This document shows, in pieces, positions 27,956 through 39,139 of a stretch of 64,000 nt of DNA (position 1 is the stretch's first letter; every line of letters begins with the position of its first letter). Source of the stretch: Bacteroidales bacterium (GTDB taxonomy: Bacteria; Bacteroidota; Bacteroidia; Bacteroidales; UBA11471). The notes under the pieces were generated by a model. That model did no database searches, was not told the DNA's origin, and was given only the letters and a program-made list of their open reading frames with translations. The translations under genes were made by a program, and so were the position numbers. The stretch covers positions 37,680-101,679 of the forward strand of contig JAZURX010000011.1 of the NCBI GenBank assembly GCA_045606385.1, written 5' to 3'.

Positions 27956-30900
27956 CTATTTATTTTTATCTGTTTTACGAGATGAACGGCGGAATAAGTC
28001 GGCCAGACGAGAGAGTTTTTTGCGGACCGCAAAACCCACACCAGTTTTGGTGATTTCGCCTTCGAGAATACTTTCCTGCCCTGTATGACGGAATATTTTC
28101 AAAAGCATATTATCGCGTTTATCGAGGAAATATTCCAATGCTATATCCTCGACAAGATTCTGTTTCAATGCTTCGGCCGAGTTGTCATCGGGACTATAAC
28201 TACCGCCAACCACAATACGTATACGGTCGTTGAATAATTTTTTTGACAACTTATATGAGTAATCTGTATGGGTAGTACCATCAACTTCATCGGTACTGCT
28301 AATACCAAAAGACAGATCGACACCTTTGAGATTGTTTCTCGACCACTTATTAAGCTCGTTTTGTAAAAACTGATTCAGGGGATTCCCCGAAAAGATATCG
28401 CCTTGTGACGAAGCTCCGGGCCCGGTGTACATATTATATATGAGCAGACTCATTGCCTGTGAAGCACGTTGCTCGGCAGTCATCGCCGACAATTCGTTCT
28501 GTATAGCCATATCACCCGGAGCCTCTGCATCGAATACAATTGACAGATGCTCGAGATTGCCCACAATCGCAATAGAGACATTAAATTGCACGTTGCGCGA
28601 CGCATTGCCCGAGGTTACAACGATATCGAGTTTGTCGATAGCTGTAATATCTATTGTAGGATTGGCTATATCGCTTTTCCAAACAACCGAACTACCCTCC
28701 TTGATAGTAAAAAGTTTTTCTCCGATGAGTGGAGGAGTGTAACACACCGTTCCACCCGAAAGTTCGTATCGACCTGTAAATCGATTATCCCCCAAATTAT
28801 TCATAGCGTACGTAAGGCTTCCTCCGCCTTGGAGATCGATATAACTATTACCATCGGGGGTAAGTTCTACCGATAGATCCACCGCATTACCTACGTCAAC
28901 ATTGACCAGCATATCCATACCGGCGACACGTCTCATCGGTAGCACATTGTCGTCGGTCAACGTATCGGCAAACGATGTAAAAGTGACCATATCGCCATAG
29001 TCGCTTACCCCCGGTAAAGAGTTGTTATCGCGCAACACATAGGTCGCCTCTGTTCCATTCAGCAGTTCTACATCGCCACGCAACAACAAGTCATCGGTAT
29101 AACCTCGGGCAGAAAGGTCGATATCGGCCAACGCTTCGCCATAGAGTATTGATGTCTTATTCTTTTTTACGTCGAACAACTGAAAATCACGGGCATGAAC
29201 CGCAGCATCGACGTATGGCCGCGCAAAATCAGAGAGGTTAATATTGCCCGTGATAGATAATGGTTGCATGTTAGGTCCACATATCGCAAATGTATCGATA
29301 CATGCCTTATCGCCATGCATCGACAACACAGATGGGGAAGACAACGTATATTTGGCACCTATCATCGGCACCGTTATATCACTATCTGTAATTTTAATGA
29401 CACCCTCGATTTGAGGTTTTTCCATGCGACCTTTAACTTGTACATCACCGGTAAGCATACCCGACATTTGCAACACGTCATCACCGGCAAACGCGTTGGC
29501 AATCCGTAACGGAATTCCCGGGATATATACCGAAGCATTGATAGGCTGAGAAACCAACGTATCGGTATCGTAACCGAGTGCGAGAGATACTGCTTCAAGT
29601 GAATCGATAGAGAGTGTCGAGGCTATTTTCAATAGTGTCGATGATGGCTGACTATACTTCATTGCCAAACGAATATCTCCCACATAACCTCTGTTGTACA
29701 CCATAGAATCGAGCGATATATACCCATCGACACTCGGGTAACGACCTGAAAAATCAGCTGCCACATGGGTCGAGAGTCTCGATTTCAATGGAGGCATGCC
29801 GGGAAAGGTCTGCAAAATAGAATTGAGATTGAGATTTCGTATATCAAGATATACCGTATCGGCACCGGGCACAGCCCCCGACTGTAATGATACCGATTGC
29901 GAACCATGTTTCATCAATAAATCAGCCGCCAAACGACCATCGAAATAGTAATCGACAAAATTATGTTTGTTAAGCGACCAGCCGGGGGTACCTAAAGTCG
30001 GATTTTCAGGAACAAAAGCAACGTGCACCAAGCTATCATATAAAAACGCATCTAATCCCAGTTGCAAACTCTGCTCACGGCCTTGATTTTGTTGCTGCAA
30101 CATGACTGCCACTTCTTGTGAAGCAATGTACCCCGATACCGATGCGGATGCTAAAATATCAGAGGTCTCGGGTGTATTCTCTATTTTTAATGCGTACACT
30201 ACACTATCGTTACTCTGCGCGACATCGAATCGTAATGTATCGATAAGCATCGATGACACATCGATATGCTGTAATTCCGTCATAAATAAGAATGGCTCAT
30301 TGCGGCCTTTGTACGACAACATATGTAACGCATCAATTTTTACGCCGTTGTCGGCAAGAAATTTTTCCACCAATTGCTCAGGGACAATCGACAGTCGCAT
30401 TTTGTATGGTGGTAGGGCATCACATAACGCTTGCGGGGCAATCTTTTTATGATCGACCGCATATTGCAATGTATCTGATACGACTGCTACTCGCGCCAAA
30501 AAGGTATCGACACCGACCGACGAAGAGAACGAGAAGCCTACTCCCGGCATCTGCAGACGAGCATCGAGAGAGTCATATTTCATGACCGCGGCAAGGCATA
30601 TACTATCATACCGCGCATCGGCATCGAGTAGGTGCAATCGCACATCATCAAAATTCGATGTAAAAGTATATTGAGCCGATGTGTCGGCCGTAGCACGTAT
30701 ATCGACTTGTGAAGCAATCGTAATAGAGTCATCGGCAAAATGAAGAGTTTTGAGGTCGACTTGCTCTATCACCCCGGTCAGTACCGCAGCATACTTATCG
30801 GCGGAAATCGTACCCGACAAATTTATATCTAACATGACAGCATCGTCGTTACTTGCGATACGTCCTGTAACATTACCGTTGTCGAGAACGGCATCGAGGT

Positions 30901-32677
30901 GTATATTGCGGTAAGTATGCGACGCATATTCGAGTGTATCAATGCATATATCGGCACGCATAGATGTTGCAGTAGAATATGGATTGTAACCTGTGCCTGC
31001 GGTCAATAAACTCATCGAAAGCATTCCCAATGTCTGACGGGGCAGGAATCTACACAAGGGAAATCGATTTATATCCAATTCTACACTATATGAAGTATCA
31101 GGGAACAAATATGCCCCGACAAGTGACAAATCTCCATCGGGCAATGAGAGCAATAGTTGTGCCTCGGCATTGCAGTTGTTCACAAAATCGGCCGAAGCCG
31201 TCAGTTGTATCGAATCGGGAATGGCTATACTGCCCGCTAAGGAATCAGGCAACATCTCAGCAACAAATCCTAATCGATGAAGATGTGCTGCAATATCGAG
31301 CGAAGCCGACAAGCTATCGGTCACGACCGAAGACTGCACCATACCCTGCAATAACATATCGGCATAATGTGGCATTTCGGCATATAACCTATGCAAAGAG
31401 AGTGTGTCTAATGTTCCACCTATATGAGTATCGAACAATACCGTATCAAAAGGCAATTTATCGATAATACACGAAATATCAGGGTCATATATAAGCAAAT
31501 CGGCAAGACCGGCAATCATATCTATATCGGCCGATATTGCAGCCTTACTATCCATAGATAGCAATGAAGCATCGGCATATATATCGGCAGAGATAGAGGA
31601 ATTATCTGTTTCTACAATTAAATTTCGGGCTTGTACAACCACAGAATCCATCATAAAATCGACTTCACCCCTACGTATCGCAAGCCCGGAACGTTCTTGT
31701 AATGACAATCGCGTAAGATGCGCCGACACTTCTGTACCTCTATTATAAAGTGTATCGAGCGAAATATTTACATTAGAGAGTTGAATGAATTCAGTATCGA
31801 AGCCCGGTAAAGGTTCATGACGAGACTCGCCATATAACACCTCACTGTCATCGAGGTCTATTCTTTGCACCGATACAGTCCAAGGCATCGATGGTATAAG
31901 AGGGAGCGTATCACATATAATTGCGTTGCTTGTCGGTGGAACAACAACCATAGAATCGGTAAGATATGCTACTGAAACTGCCCGCAACATTACATTATCG
32001 ACATCGACATCTTGTCGTGCGAGGTCTACAGATGTATGTTCTATACCTGCTACCGACACCTGCGCTGTAAAGAACGATTCGGCATATGTACCTTGTAATT
32101 CATATACGACATCATCAATAGTCACCGTATCGACACCTATCGTCCATGCCAACGGAACAGAAAGTGTTGTATCTGATGGTAATACATCAACATCGGATTG
32201 CCTACCCTGCCGCATATAGATCTTGCCCCCCGATAATTGCAACGAGGATATGGTTACCTCTTCTCTCGAAAGATTGGCAAATGCATTATGAATTGACGCA
32301 TCTCGCACAGATATATTCATCGCAAACCCCGTACTATCGTCCATATTGAACAGTACATTTTGTGCCGACAATTCGGGGGCAAAGGCCTGCATTCGCACCA
32401 AAGGCATAAGAGAAACATCTATATGAAATCGACCAACCGCACACATAGTATCACCGGAACAAACAACAACAGCGTCTAAAACGTTGAGATGCAAAGGAAA
32501 TCGAAGGCTGAAATCGCCTACCGATATATGCGTAGAATCATCGGAAAATGCAATGCACGCCCATTGTACAAAGGCTTTTTGCATAGGAGGCACATAAAAC
32601 AATGCCACCAATGAAAAAAGCAATCCGACAAAGAGCGCCAATGAAATTGACAAATATTTAAGAATACGATAAATCAT
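27956..32677 (-). CDS. tamB: Translocation and assembly module TamB (DUF490 C-terminus)
   Basis: 1573 aa, N-terminal TM anchor, beta-rich body, YSYKLSKKLFNDRIRIVVGG; adjacent to Omp85 genes. Confidence 0.82.
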   Translation of the reverse strand: MIYRILKYLSISLALFVGLLFSLVALFYVPPMQKAFVQWACIAFSDDSTHISVGDFSLRFPLHLNVLDAVVVCSGDTMCAVGRFHIDVSLMPLVRMQAFAPELSAQNVLFNMDDSTGFAMNISVRDASIHNAFANLSREEVTISSLQLSGGKIYMRQGRQSDVDVLPSDTTLSVPLAWTIGVDTVTIDDVVYELQGTYAESFFTAQVSVAGIEHTSVDLARQDVDVDNVMLRAVSVAYLTDSMVVVPPTSNAIICDTLPLIPSMPWTVSVQRIDLDDSEVLYGESRHEPLPGFDTEFIQLSNVNISLDTLYNRGTEVSAHLTRLSLQERSGLAIRRGEVDFMMDSVVVQARNLIVETDNSSISADIYADASLLSMDSKAAISADIDMIAGLADLLIYDPDISCIIDKLPFDTVLFDTHIGGTLDTLSLHRLYAEMPHYADMLLQGMVQSSVVTDSLSASLDIAAHLHRLGFVAEMLPDSLAGSIAIPDSIQLTASADFVNNCNAEAQLLLSLPDGDLSLVGAYLFPDTSYSVELDINRFPLCRFLPRQTLGMLSMSLLTAGTGYNPYSTATSMRADICIDTLEYASHTYRNIHLDAVLDNGNVTGRIASNDDAVMLDINLSGTISADKYAAVLTGVIEQVDLKTLHFADDSITIASQVDIRATADTSAQYTFTSNFDDVRLHLLDADARYDSICLAAVMKYDSLDARLQMPGVGFSFSSSVGVDTFLARVAVVSDTLQYAVDHKKIAPQALCDALPPYKMRLSIVPEQLVEKFLADNGVKIDALHMLSYKGRNEPFLFMTELQHIDVSSMLIDTLRFDVAQSNDSVVYALKIENTPETSDILASASVSGYIASQEVAVMLQQQNQGREQSLQLGLDAFLYDSLVHVAFVPENPTLGTPGWSLNKHNFVDYYFDGRLAADLLMKHGSQSVSLQSGAVPGADTVYLDIRNLNLNSILQTFPGMPPLKSRLSTHVAADFSGRYPSVDGYISLDSMVYNRGYVGDIRLAMKYSQPSSTLLKIASTLSIDSLEAVSLALGYDTDTLVSQPINASVYIPGIPLRIANAFAGDDVLQMSGMLTGDVQVKGRMEKPQIEGVIKITDSDITVPMIGAKYTLSSPSVLSMHGDKACIDTFAICGPNMQPLSITGNINLSDFARPYVDAAVHARDFQLFDVKKNKTSILYGEALADIDLSARGYTDDLLLRGDVELLNGTEATYVLRDNNSLPGVSDYGDMVTFTSFADTLTDDNVLPMRRVAGMDMLVNVDVGNAVDLSVELTPDGNSYIDLQGGGSLTYAMNNLGDNRFTGRYELSGGTVCYTPPLIGEKLFTIKEGSSVVWKSDIANPTIDITAIDKLDIVVTSGNASRNVQFNVSIAIVGNLEHLSIVFDAEAPGDMAIQNELSAMTAEQRASQAMSLLIYNMYTGPGASSQGDIFSGNPLNQFLQNELNKWSRNNLKGVDLSFGISSTDEVDGTTHTDYSYKLSKKLFNDRIRIVVGGSYSPDDNSAEALKQNLVEDIALEYFLDKRDNMLLKIFRHTGQESILEGEITKTGVGFAVRKKLSRLADLFRRSSRKTDKNK

Positions 32678-32801
32678 GAACTTTTATAGCGTGCGAAATT
32701 ACAAATAAATCGGACTTTACACTAATCTATTTATCCGAAAGTTTTGTTCTATTTTCCCAACAAAAAAAGTATGTTTTTGGTTTTCTAATATTATGAGCAG
32801 G

Positions 32802-35126
32802 TTAGAATGGATAACCTACTGCAAAATGGAACGAAGAGTCACGATTGAATCGATGATGAGCAATCACCCATGGTCTGTTACCGATGAGTGAAGGGTCATA
32901 CATCTTCATACCCATATCAACACGTAATAAGAAATAATTGAAGTCGAGACGCACTCCAAGCCCATAAGCCAAAGCAATCTGCTTATAGAATGAATTAAAT
33001 TTGAATTGTCCACCCGGTTGCGACGAATAATCTTTGATAGTCCATATATTACCGGCATCGAGAAATAAAGCCAACTCCAATTTCCAGATTAGTTTGCTTC
33101 TGTATTCTGCATTGAGGTCAAGACGAATATCACCACATTGATTCATAAAGTCTATCATCGGATCTGTACCCCGATAAGTACCCGGGCCCAACGTTCGAAC
33201 CGACCAACCACGCACACTATTGGCACCTCCGGAATAATAGCGTTTCTCAAAAGGAACCATATCTGAATTTCCATAAGGATATATAATACCTGCACCGGCA
33301 TGTAATGCCAAAGCATTTTTTTCATTGAAATTGATGACTCGGGTATAATCAAAATCAAGTTTAGCATACTGCGAATAACCGATACCAAGTATCTCATATT
33401 CGCCATTGCTCGAACGTTGCATTTTCGAGAGAGACGATATAGCATACAACATATTTCCGGCAATCTCTCCGGCAGCACGCAAAGTGTAGAATGTGCGTTG
33501 TTTATGCTTAGCTGCCGACGACTTTCCATAACGCAGATTTGTCATATAAAACACATATGACATACGCATGATGAAGTGGTCTTCGTAACTATACCGCAGC
33601 AAGGGATTATCGGCAGCTATACTATCAAGATTATTTTTAAACGCGGCTGTCATTTGCGGAAGATAGACATAGCTTACATCTATAAGATCGAAATGATGAC
33701 GAAAGCGATTGTTGTTGCTATACCACTTGTAATTCCAACCCACGCCCGATATAAGGCGCACATATTCGGGACGCTTCTGATAGTCCATATTCATGGTAAA
33801 CTGCGTAGTAGCACTTTTACGACGCAGAAACGATGTTTTAGTAAACGGGAAAAGAAACTTTGGAAACGATACACCAAGTTCACCGCTGAGCTCGAGATAA
33901 TTATTTGACAATAGGCCGCCTATATCTCCGGTCATATTTTCATACGCAGCACGGAATTTGGCACTGAAAGTCTGAGAGCCCCTAAATATATTTCGATGTT
34001 GGTATGTAAGTCCCAAAGAGAATCCGAAATTACCGGCCGAATTTGTTCCTTCGAGTTCGGTTGTCACCAATTGAGTTTTACCCTCGGTAAGCATTACATA
34101 ACAATCGAGTTGACAAGGGTCTCCGTTTGATGCTTCTCTGAATACTATATTTACATATTTCAACACTTTGAGTCGAGAGAATGCCGAATAGGTATTATCG
34201 ACCATGCGAGTGGAATAGAGTTGACCGGGTACGATATAACAATTCTCGACCAACGTCGATGGACGCAAGTACTCTTTCTCTCCATTAAGAATATAATACC
34301 CCTTATAGAGAATCGTATCTTTCGTCATTGCGGCCATATCACGATTCATCGGGTCGTAGTCTGTAACAAAATATACTTTGCTTATCGTATAGGTATCGTG
34401 CGCTCGATATGTAATCAACTTGTTTTCCTCGGTAACCGGTATATCCGATAAATTCAATTCCAAATCGACTCCTTTGTTGCCAATGGTGGTATCGGCCATA
34501 AATGTGATATACTCCTTATTGAAAGCATAATATCCATGAGCCCGCAATTGCGTGGCTATCCGCTGACGCTCCTGCTCCAACACATTTCTATCGAAAAGGA
34601 TTCCTTTCTTTATCAAAAATTCTGCCGAATCACTCATCACAATCCGCCTCACCGAGTCATCGGGAATACGATAAGTCAGTTTATCGATATAATAGGGTTC
34701 TCCCGTCTGCACTTGATACTTCACCTTAATGCGTTTCTTGCTCTTTATCGTATCGACCGTTACCACGGCATCGGCATACCCCTTATTATTCAATGCTTTT
34801 TGTATCTGGCTACGCGACCTCTCTGTGAGATCGCCATCGTATATAACCGGAGGGGTACCTATACGTTGCAACCATCGATTCCAACCATTGTCTTTTGTCC
34901 CCGACAGATTATAGAAGAAGAGAGGCAAACCTATGATACCAAATGTCTTGTGATTGGGTTCCTGTCGTATATACGATTTGAGTTCACTATTCTTGATATT
35001 TTTATTATCGGTCGATAGTGAGACCTTGTTGAGCAAATACTCTCCATCGCCCACGTGTTTTGTGGTCCGACACGAAAACAGTAACGGAACAATAATCAAC
35101 ATCAGCAAGCGACAGAGTCTTTTCAT
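32802..35126 (-). CDS. Second Omp85-family lipoprotein TamL (TamA/BamA-like)
   Basis: Lipobox LFSC from ATG 35126, YYSGGANSVRGW, FLDAGNIW, C-terminal AVGYPF. Confidence 0.85.
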   Translation of the reverse strand: MKRLCRLLMLIIVPLLFSCRTTKHVGDGEYLLNKVSLSTDNKNIKNSELKSYIRQEPNHKTFGIIGLPLFFYNLSGTKDNGWNRWLQRIGTPPVIYDGDLTERSRSQIQKALNNKGYADAVVTVDTIKSKKRIKVKYQVQTGEPYYIDKLTYRIPDDSVRRIVMSDSAEFLIKKGILFDRNVLEQERQRIATQLRAHGYYAFNKEYITFMADTTIGNKGVDLELNLSDIPVTEENKLITYRAHDTYTISKVYFVTDYDPMNRDMAAMTKDTILYKGYYILNGEKEYLRPSTLVENCYIVPGQLYSTRMVDNTYSAFSRLKVLKYVNIVFREASNGDPCQLDCYVMLTEGKTQLVTTELEGTNSAGNFGFSLGLTYQHRNIFRGSQTFSAKFRAAYENMTGDIGGLLSNNYLELSGELGVSFPKFLFPFTKTSFLRRKSATTQFTMNMDYQKRPEYVRLISGVGWNYKWYSNNNRFRHHFDLIDVSYVYLPQMTAAFKNNLDSIAADNPLLRYSYEDHFIMRMSYVFYMTNLRYGKSSAAKHKQRTFYTLRAAGEIAGNMLYAISSLSKMQRSSNGEYEILGIGYSQYAKLDFDYTRVINFNEKNALALHAGAGIIYPYGNSDMVPFEKRYYSGGANSVRGWSVRTLGPGTYRGTDPMIDFMNQCGDIRLDLNAEYRSKLIWKLELALFLDAGNIWTIKDYSSQPGGQFKFNSFYKQIALAYGLGVRLDFNYFLLRVDMGMKMYDPSLIGNRPWVIAHHRFNRDSSFHFAVGYPF

Positions 35127-35261
35127 AAATAGCGTATCAAAAAAGATGCGAATAGATTTTTCGGCATACAAACGTACACATTTTGCTCCGCATACACAAG
35201 TAAGAAAGAGTCTATTCGCTAAATTATGGGAATAAATCCGTCACACAAGGAAATTCTTATC

Positions 35262-35969
35262 CTATACATCGCTCGTGCAGAGTAAGCGGGTAAGTTCTTG
35301 CACACCAGCCGAAGCACCTTGGGCTATAACATGCGACACACGTCCGCTCGCATCGTTTACCGGGTTGGGATCGATAAGATACACCGGTACACCTTGGCGC
35401 ACATATCGCAAAAGACCGGCAGCAGGATACACATTGAGAGATGTACCTATAACTACATATATATCGGCTTGTTGAGTTTCCTCTATGGCCGGCTCTATCA
35501 TAGGTACAGCCTCACCAAACCACACAATGTGTGGGCGTAGTTGATACCCCTTCTCACACATATCGCCTAAGCATGTATCGAGGTGTTCGGGAGAAACATC
35601 GTACACCAGATAATCATACCGCGAGGAGCGAACTTTCATTAACTCACCATGCAGGTGTATTACCCGACTGCTTCCGGCTTGTTCATGTAAATTATCTACA
35701 TTCTGCGTAATAATGCATACATCATATTCCTTTTCGAGAGCCGCAAGTCCTGTATGTCCATCATTGGGTTTCACACCGAGGAGTTCGCGTCTTCGTGCAT
35801 TATAGAAGTCGAGTACTTGCTGCGGGTCAAGTACCCAACCTTCGGGGGTTGCCACTTCTTTTATCTTGTAGCCCGACCACAATCCATTACTACCACGAAA
35901 TACGGCCAACCCACTCTCTGCACTCATTCCTGCACCGGTAAGTACGACCAACCGTTTCTTCTCTTTCAT
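35262..35969 (-). CDS. cobB: NAD-dependent deacylase (sirtuin)
   Basis: LTGAGMSAESG, TQNVDNLH, HLHG, RPHIVWFGE, GTSLNVYPAA; start moved to ATG 35969. Confidence 0.93.
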   Translation of the reverse strand: MKEKKRLVVLTGAGMSAESGLAVFRGSNGLWSGYKIKEVATPEGWVLDPQQVLDFYNARRRELLGVKPNDGHTGLAALEKEYDVCIITQNVDNLHEQAGSSRVIHLHGELMKVRSSRYDYLVYDVSPEHLDTCLGDMCEKGYQLRPHIVWFGEAVPMIEPAIEETQQADIYVVIGTSLNVYPAAGLLRYVRQGVPVYLIDPNPVNDASGRVSHVIAQGASAGVQELTRLLCTSDV

Positions 35970-35979
35970 ATCCGCGTAT

Positions 35980-37188
35980 TTATTCCATTTGCTTATAATC
36001 CTTGGCCAGCCCACCTTCTCCGGTCTCCTTGTAAAGCGACGGCAGGTCGTGGCCGGTTTGCATCATTACCTCTACCACCTTATCAAACGATACTCGATGT
36101 GTACCATCGGTAAAGGCTGCGTATATATTGGAATCGAGAGCACGCGCTGCAGCATACGCGTTACGCTCAATACATGGTATCTGCACCAATCCGCATACCG
36201 GGTCACATGTCATACCCAAATGATGCTCAAGACCCATCTCGGCAGCATACTCTATCTGCGCCGGACTACCACCAAAGAGCTGGCTGGCCGCCGCCGATGC
36301 CATCGAACACGCAACTCCTACCTCGGCTTGACAACCGGCCTCGGCTCCCGATATTGATGCGTTATGCTTCACTATATTTCCTATCAATCCGGCTGTAGCC
36401 AGAGCTCTCAATATGCGCATCTGACTGAAATCGCGACTCTCTTGCAGGTGATAGAGTACCGCCGGCACAACTCCGCATGAACCACAGGTCGGTGCCGTAA
36501 CAATTTTACCTCCCGAGGCATTTTCTTCACACACAGCAAGTGCATATGCAAATACCAATCCGCGCGAACGCAAATTATCTTTATAGCCTTTGGCTTTGAT
36601 ATAATAGGTCGAAGCTTTACGTCTCAAATTGAGTGGTCCCGGCAATACGCCCTCTTGGTCAAGACCTCGCTCCACAGCATCACGCATGGTTTTCCACACC
36701 TCGGCCAAATAATCCCATATATCTGTATCTTCACATTCTTGGACGTACTCCCAGTAACTGCGTCCGGTGCGCTCACACCATGGTAATATATCGCCCATAG
36801 TTGTCATTTCATAAATATCAGGCGATATTGCACCTATGCAACCCTCTTCGTGCAAAGCTCCACCACCCACACTATATACAGTCCACTCATCGGTGATATT
36901 TCCGGCAGAATTTTTCGATCGGAATGTCATACCATTGGGATGATATGGCAGAAACATATGAGGCTCCCATACAATATGCGTAGGAGCATGAGGTTGCAAC
37001 GTATCAAGCAATGCAATATCGGTCATATGACCTCTACCTGTTGCAGCAAGACTACCATATAAGACAACTTCGAAACCAACAGATTCGGGGTGACGAAAAA
37101 GGAATATTTCGGCAGCCTTGCGAGGTCCCATGGTATGGCTGCTCGATGGGCCCGTGCCTATGCGATATAGTTCTTTGATACTTTTCAT
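35980..37188 (-). CDS. sdaA: L-serine ammonia-lyase (Fe-S dependent)
   Basis: GPSSSHTMGP, VTAPTCGSCG, GCQAEVG, LGMTCDP, PCIERN; start ATG 37188; -7 box TACCTTTG at 37254-37247. Confidence 0.94.
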   Translation of the reverse strand: MKSIKELYRIGTGPSSSHTMGPRKAAEIFLFRHPESVGFEVVLYGSLAATGRGHMTDIALLDTLQPHAPTHIVWEPHMFLPYHPNGMTFRSKNSAGNITDEWTVYSVGGGALHEEGCIGAISPDIYEMTTMGDILPWCERTGRSYWEYVQECEDTDIWDYLAEVWKTMRDAVERGLDQEGVLPGPLNLRRKASTYYIKAKGYKDNLRSRGLVFAYALAVCEENASGGKIVTAPTCGSCGVVPAVLYHLQESRDFSQMRILRALATAGLIGNIVKHNASISGAEAGCQAEVGVACSMASAAASQLFGGSPAQIEYAAEMGLEHHLGMTCDPVCGLVQIPCIERNAYAAARALDSNIYAAFTDGTHRVSFDKVVEVMMQTGHDLPSLYKETGEGGLAKDYKQME

Positions 37189-37458
37189 AAAAAAGGTATT
37201 TGGCATATCAATATATAAACATTTGCAAGCGATTAATTTTCTCAAGCAAAGGTATAAAATAGAGAGAATATCACAACCTAATTACTATAAAATTCTTTCT
37301 ATCTACCTTACTTCTCATCAATTTACGGAGAATAATCCCTTTAATTATATTTTTTTTGGAATTATATCGGCAAACTATGCAATAAAAGGCTTATCTTCGC
37401 ACGAATTTATCTAAAATAGCATTTACGACTGTAATAAGTCATTACAAAAAATAACAAT

Positions 37459-38043
37459 ATGGACAAATTGAGTTACGCCTTAGGTTTGAGCATGGGTAAT
37501 AATTTCAAATCATCGGGCATAGATAAAATCAACGTCGAAGATTTCACACGCGGTGTCCAAGCCGTATTTGAAGGAACAAAACCCGAAATGACTTACGACG
37601 AAGCCAAGCAAATAATCAACGATTATTTCACCCGTTTGCAAACTGAGGCAGAGGAACGCAACTTAAAAATAGGCGAAGCTTTCCTCGAAGAAAACAAAAA
37701 ACGCGAAGGCGTAGTAACATTACCTAGCGGATTGCAATATGAAATCATAACAGATGGTAAAGGTCGTCGCCCGTCGGCTACCGACCAAGTGCAGTGCCAC
37801 TACCATGGTACGCTTATCGATGGTACTGTATTCGATAGTTCGGTACAACGAGGCACACCTGCCGTTTTTGGGGTAAACCAAGTAATTGCCGGATGGGTAG
37901 AAGCTTTGCAACTAATGACCGAAGGTTCGAAATGGAAATTATATATCCCGTCGAATCTTGCCTATGGCAAACGTGGTGCCGGTAATGCAATCGGGCCTAA
38001 TACAGCGCTCATATTCGAAGTAGAACTTATAAAAATCATCTAA
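37459..38043 (+). CDS. fklB: FKBP-type peptidyl-prolyl isomerase
   Basis: DKLSYALG, HYHGTLIDGTVFDSS, VIAGWVEAL, LAYG. Confidence 0.92.
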   Translation: MDKLSYALGLSMGNNFKSSGIDKINVEDFTRGVQAVFEGTKPEMTYDEAKQIINDYFTRLQTEAEERNLKIGEAFLEENKKREGVVTLPSGLQYEIITDGKGRRPSATDQVQCHYHGTLIDGTVFDSSVQRGTPAVFGVNQVIAGWVEALQLMTEGSKWKLYIPSNLAYGKRGAGNAIGPNTALIFEVELIKII

Positions 38044-38055
38044 AAATAACATGTA

Positions 38056-38904
38056 ATGAAAAAATCAACTCTTAGCTTTGTTGCAGCGCTTTCATTGGCC
38101 GCTGTTACATTCACATCATGCAACAACTGTTGCCAATCAGTAAAAGAATTAAATACCGATGCTGACTCTCTCGTATACGCATTTGGTGTACTTACAGGCT
38201 CTGACGTTGCCGGTGGCATACAACGCCTCGACCAGCCTGTCGACACAGATCAATTTCTCAAAGGCTTGTGTGAATCATTGAAATCAGATTCTGCTGCATT
38301 CTCATATGAAGTAGGTTACTCTTTTGGATCGGGTCTCAAACAACAACTGAAACAAATGAGTGAACAACTCGATGTAGAAGTAAACAACGACATATTGATT
38401 GCCGCCATCTACTCTGTTCTGAACAACGACACCAATATGTTGATGAACCAAATGCAGGCTCAAATGACATTCCGCACCAAAGCTATGGCTGCCGAAGAGA
38501 AAAAACTTGCCAACTCAGAAGAATCACGCCAAAATAAAGCCGACGCTGATGCATATATGGCCGAGAAAGCAAAAGAAGAAGGTATCGTAAAAACCGAAAG
38601 CGGACTTCTCTATAAAGTTATAAAAGCAGGTAAAGGCGCATCGCCTAAAGTCGGAGACAAAGTAAAAGTAAACTACAAAGGTACTCTAGTCGATGGTACT
38701 CAATTTGATGCTAATGATGACGTACAAATGGTTATTGGCCAGATGGTTCCCGGTTTCAACGAAGCACTCATGTTGATGGCTCCCGGTGCTAAATATACCG
38801 TATACATACCTGCCGATCTCGGTTACGGTGTGCGCGGCCGTGGTCAGATTCCTTCAAATGCCGTTATGATTTTTGACATCGAGCTCAAAAGCATCGTGAA
38901 ATAA
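38056..38904 (+). CDS. FKBP-type peptidyl-prolyl isomerase (lipoprotein)
   Basis: Lipobox FTSC, TESGLLYKV, YKGTLVDGTQFD, IPADLGYG. Confidence 0.88.
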   Translation: MKKSTLSFVAALSLAAVTFTSCNNCCQSVKELNTDADSLVYAFGVLTGSDVAGGIQRLDQPVDTDQFLKGLCESLKSDSAAFSYEVGYSFGSGLKQQLKQMSEQLDVEVNNDILIAAIYSVLNNDTNMLMNQMQAQMTFRTKAMAAEEKKLANSEESRQNKADADAYMAEKAKEEGIVKTESGLLYKVIKAGKGASPKVGDKVKVNYKGTLVDGTQFDANDDVQMVIGQMVPGFNEALMLMAPGAKYTVYIPADLGYGVRGRGQIPSNAVMIFDIELKSIVK

Positions 38905-38923
38905 TCAGTTCATTCACATATAC

Positions 38924-38951
38924 AAAAAGCCATACATTGTGTGGCTTTTTT
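38924..38951 (+). terminator. Intrinsic terminator after the FKBP pair
   Basis: AAAAAGCCATAC / GTGTGGCTTTTT stem. Confidence 0.75.
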
Positions 38952-39076
38952 ATTTATCACTGTGAACGTATGATGCAAGCAATAGGAGATTTTCAATAGA
39001 AGAGAATGTTTTTCTATAAAATCGACGCAGCATAAATAGTCTGCCCGAAATCGAAAAGGAATAACCGGATTTACGT

Positions 39077-39118
39077 AAAAACGACACGAGACAACGTGCA
39101 ATGCGCTGTCTCGTGTCG
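39077..39118 (-). terminator. Intrinsic terminator after gdhA
   Basis: CGACACGAGACA / TGTCTCGTGTCG 12-bp stem with a T-tract on the minus strand. Confidence 0.8.
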
Positions 39119-39139
39119 ATAAGTGGAAAACGTACGTGA

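Noticed and set aside
25528..35540. Many 60-160 aa plus-strand ORFs inside tamL, tamB and cobB
   Set aside because: They overlap long, well-supported minus-strand genes and show no family motifs.
35262..35969. Sirtuin as an anti-phage (Thoeris/DSR-type) effector
   Set aside because: Typical short CobB deacylase next to sdaA, with no defence partner genes.
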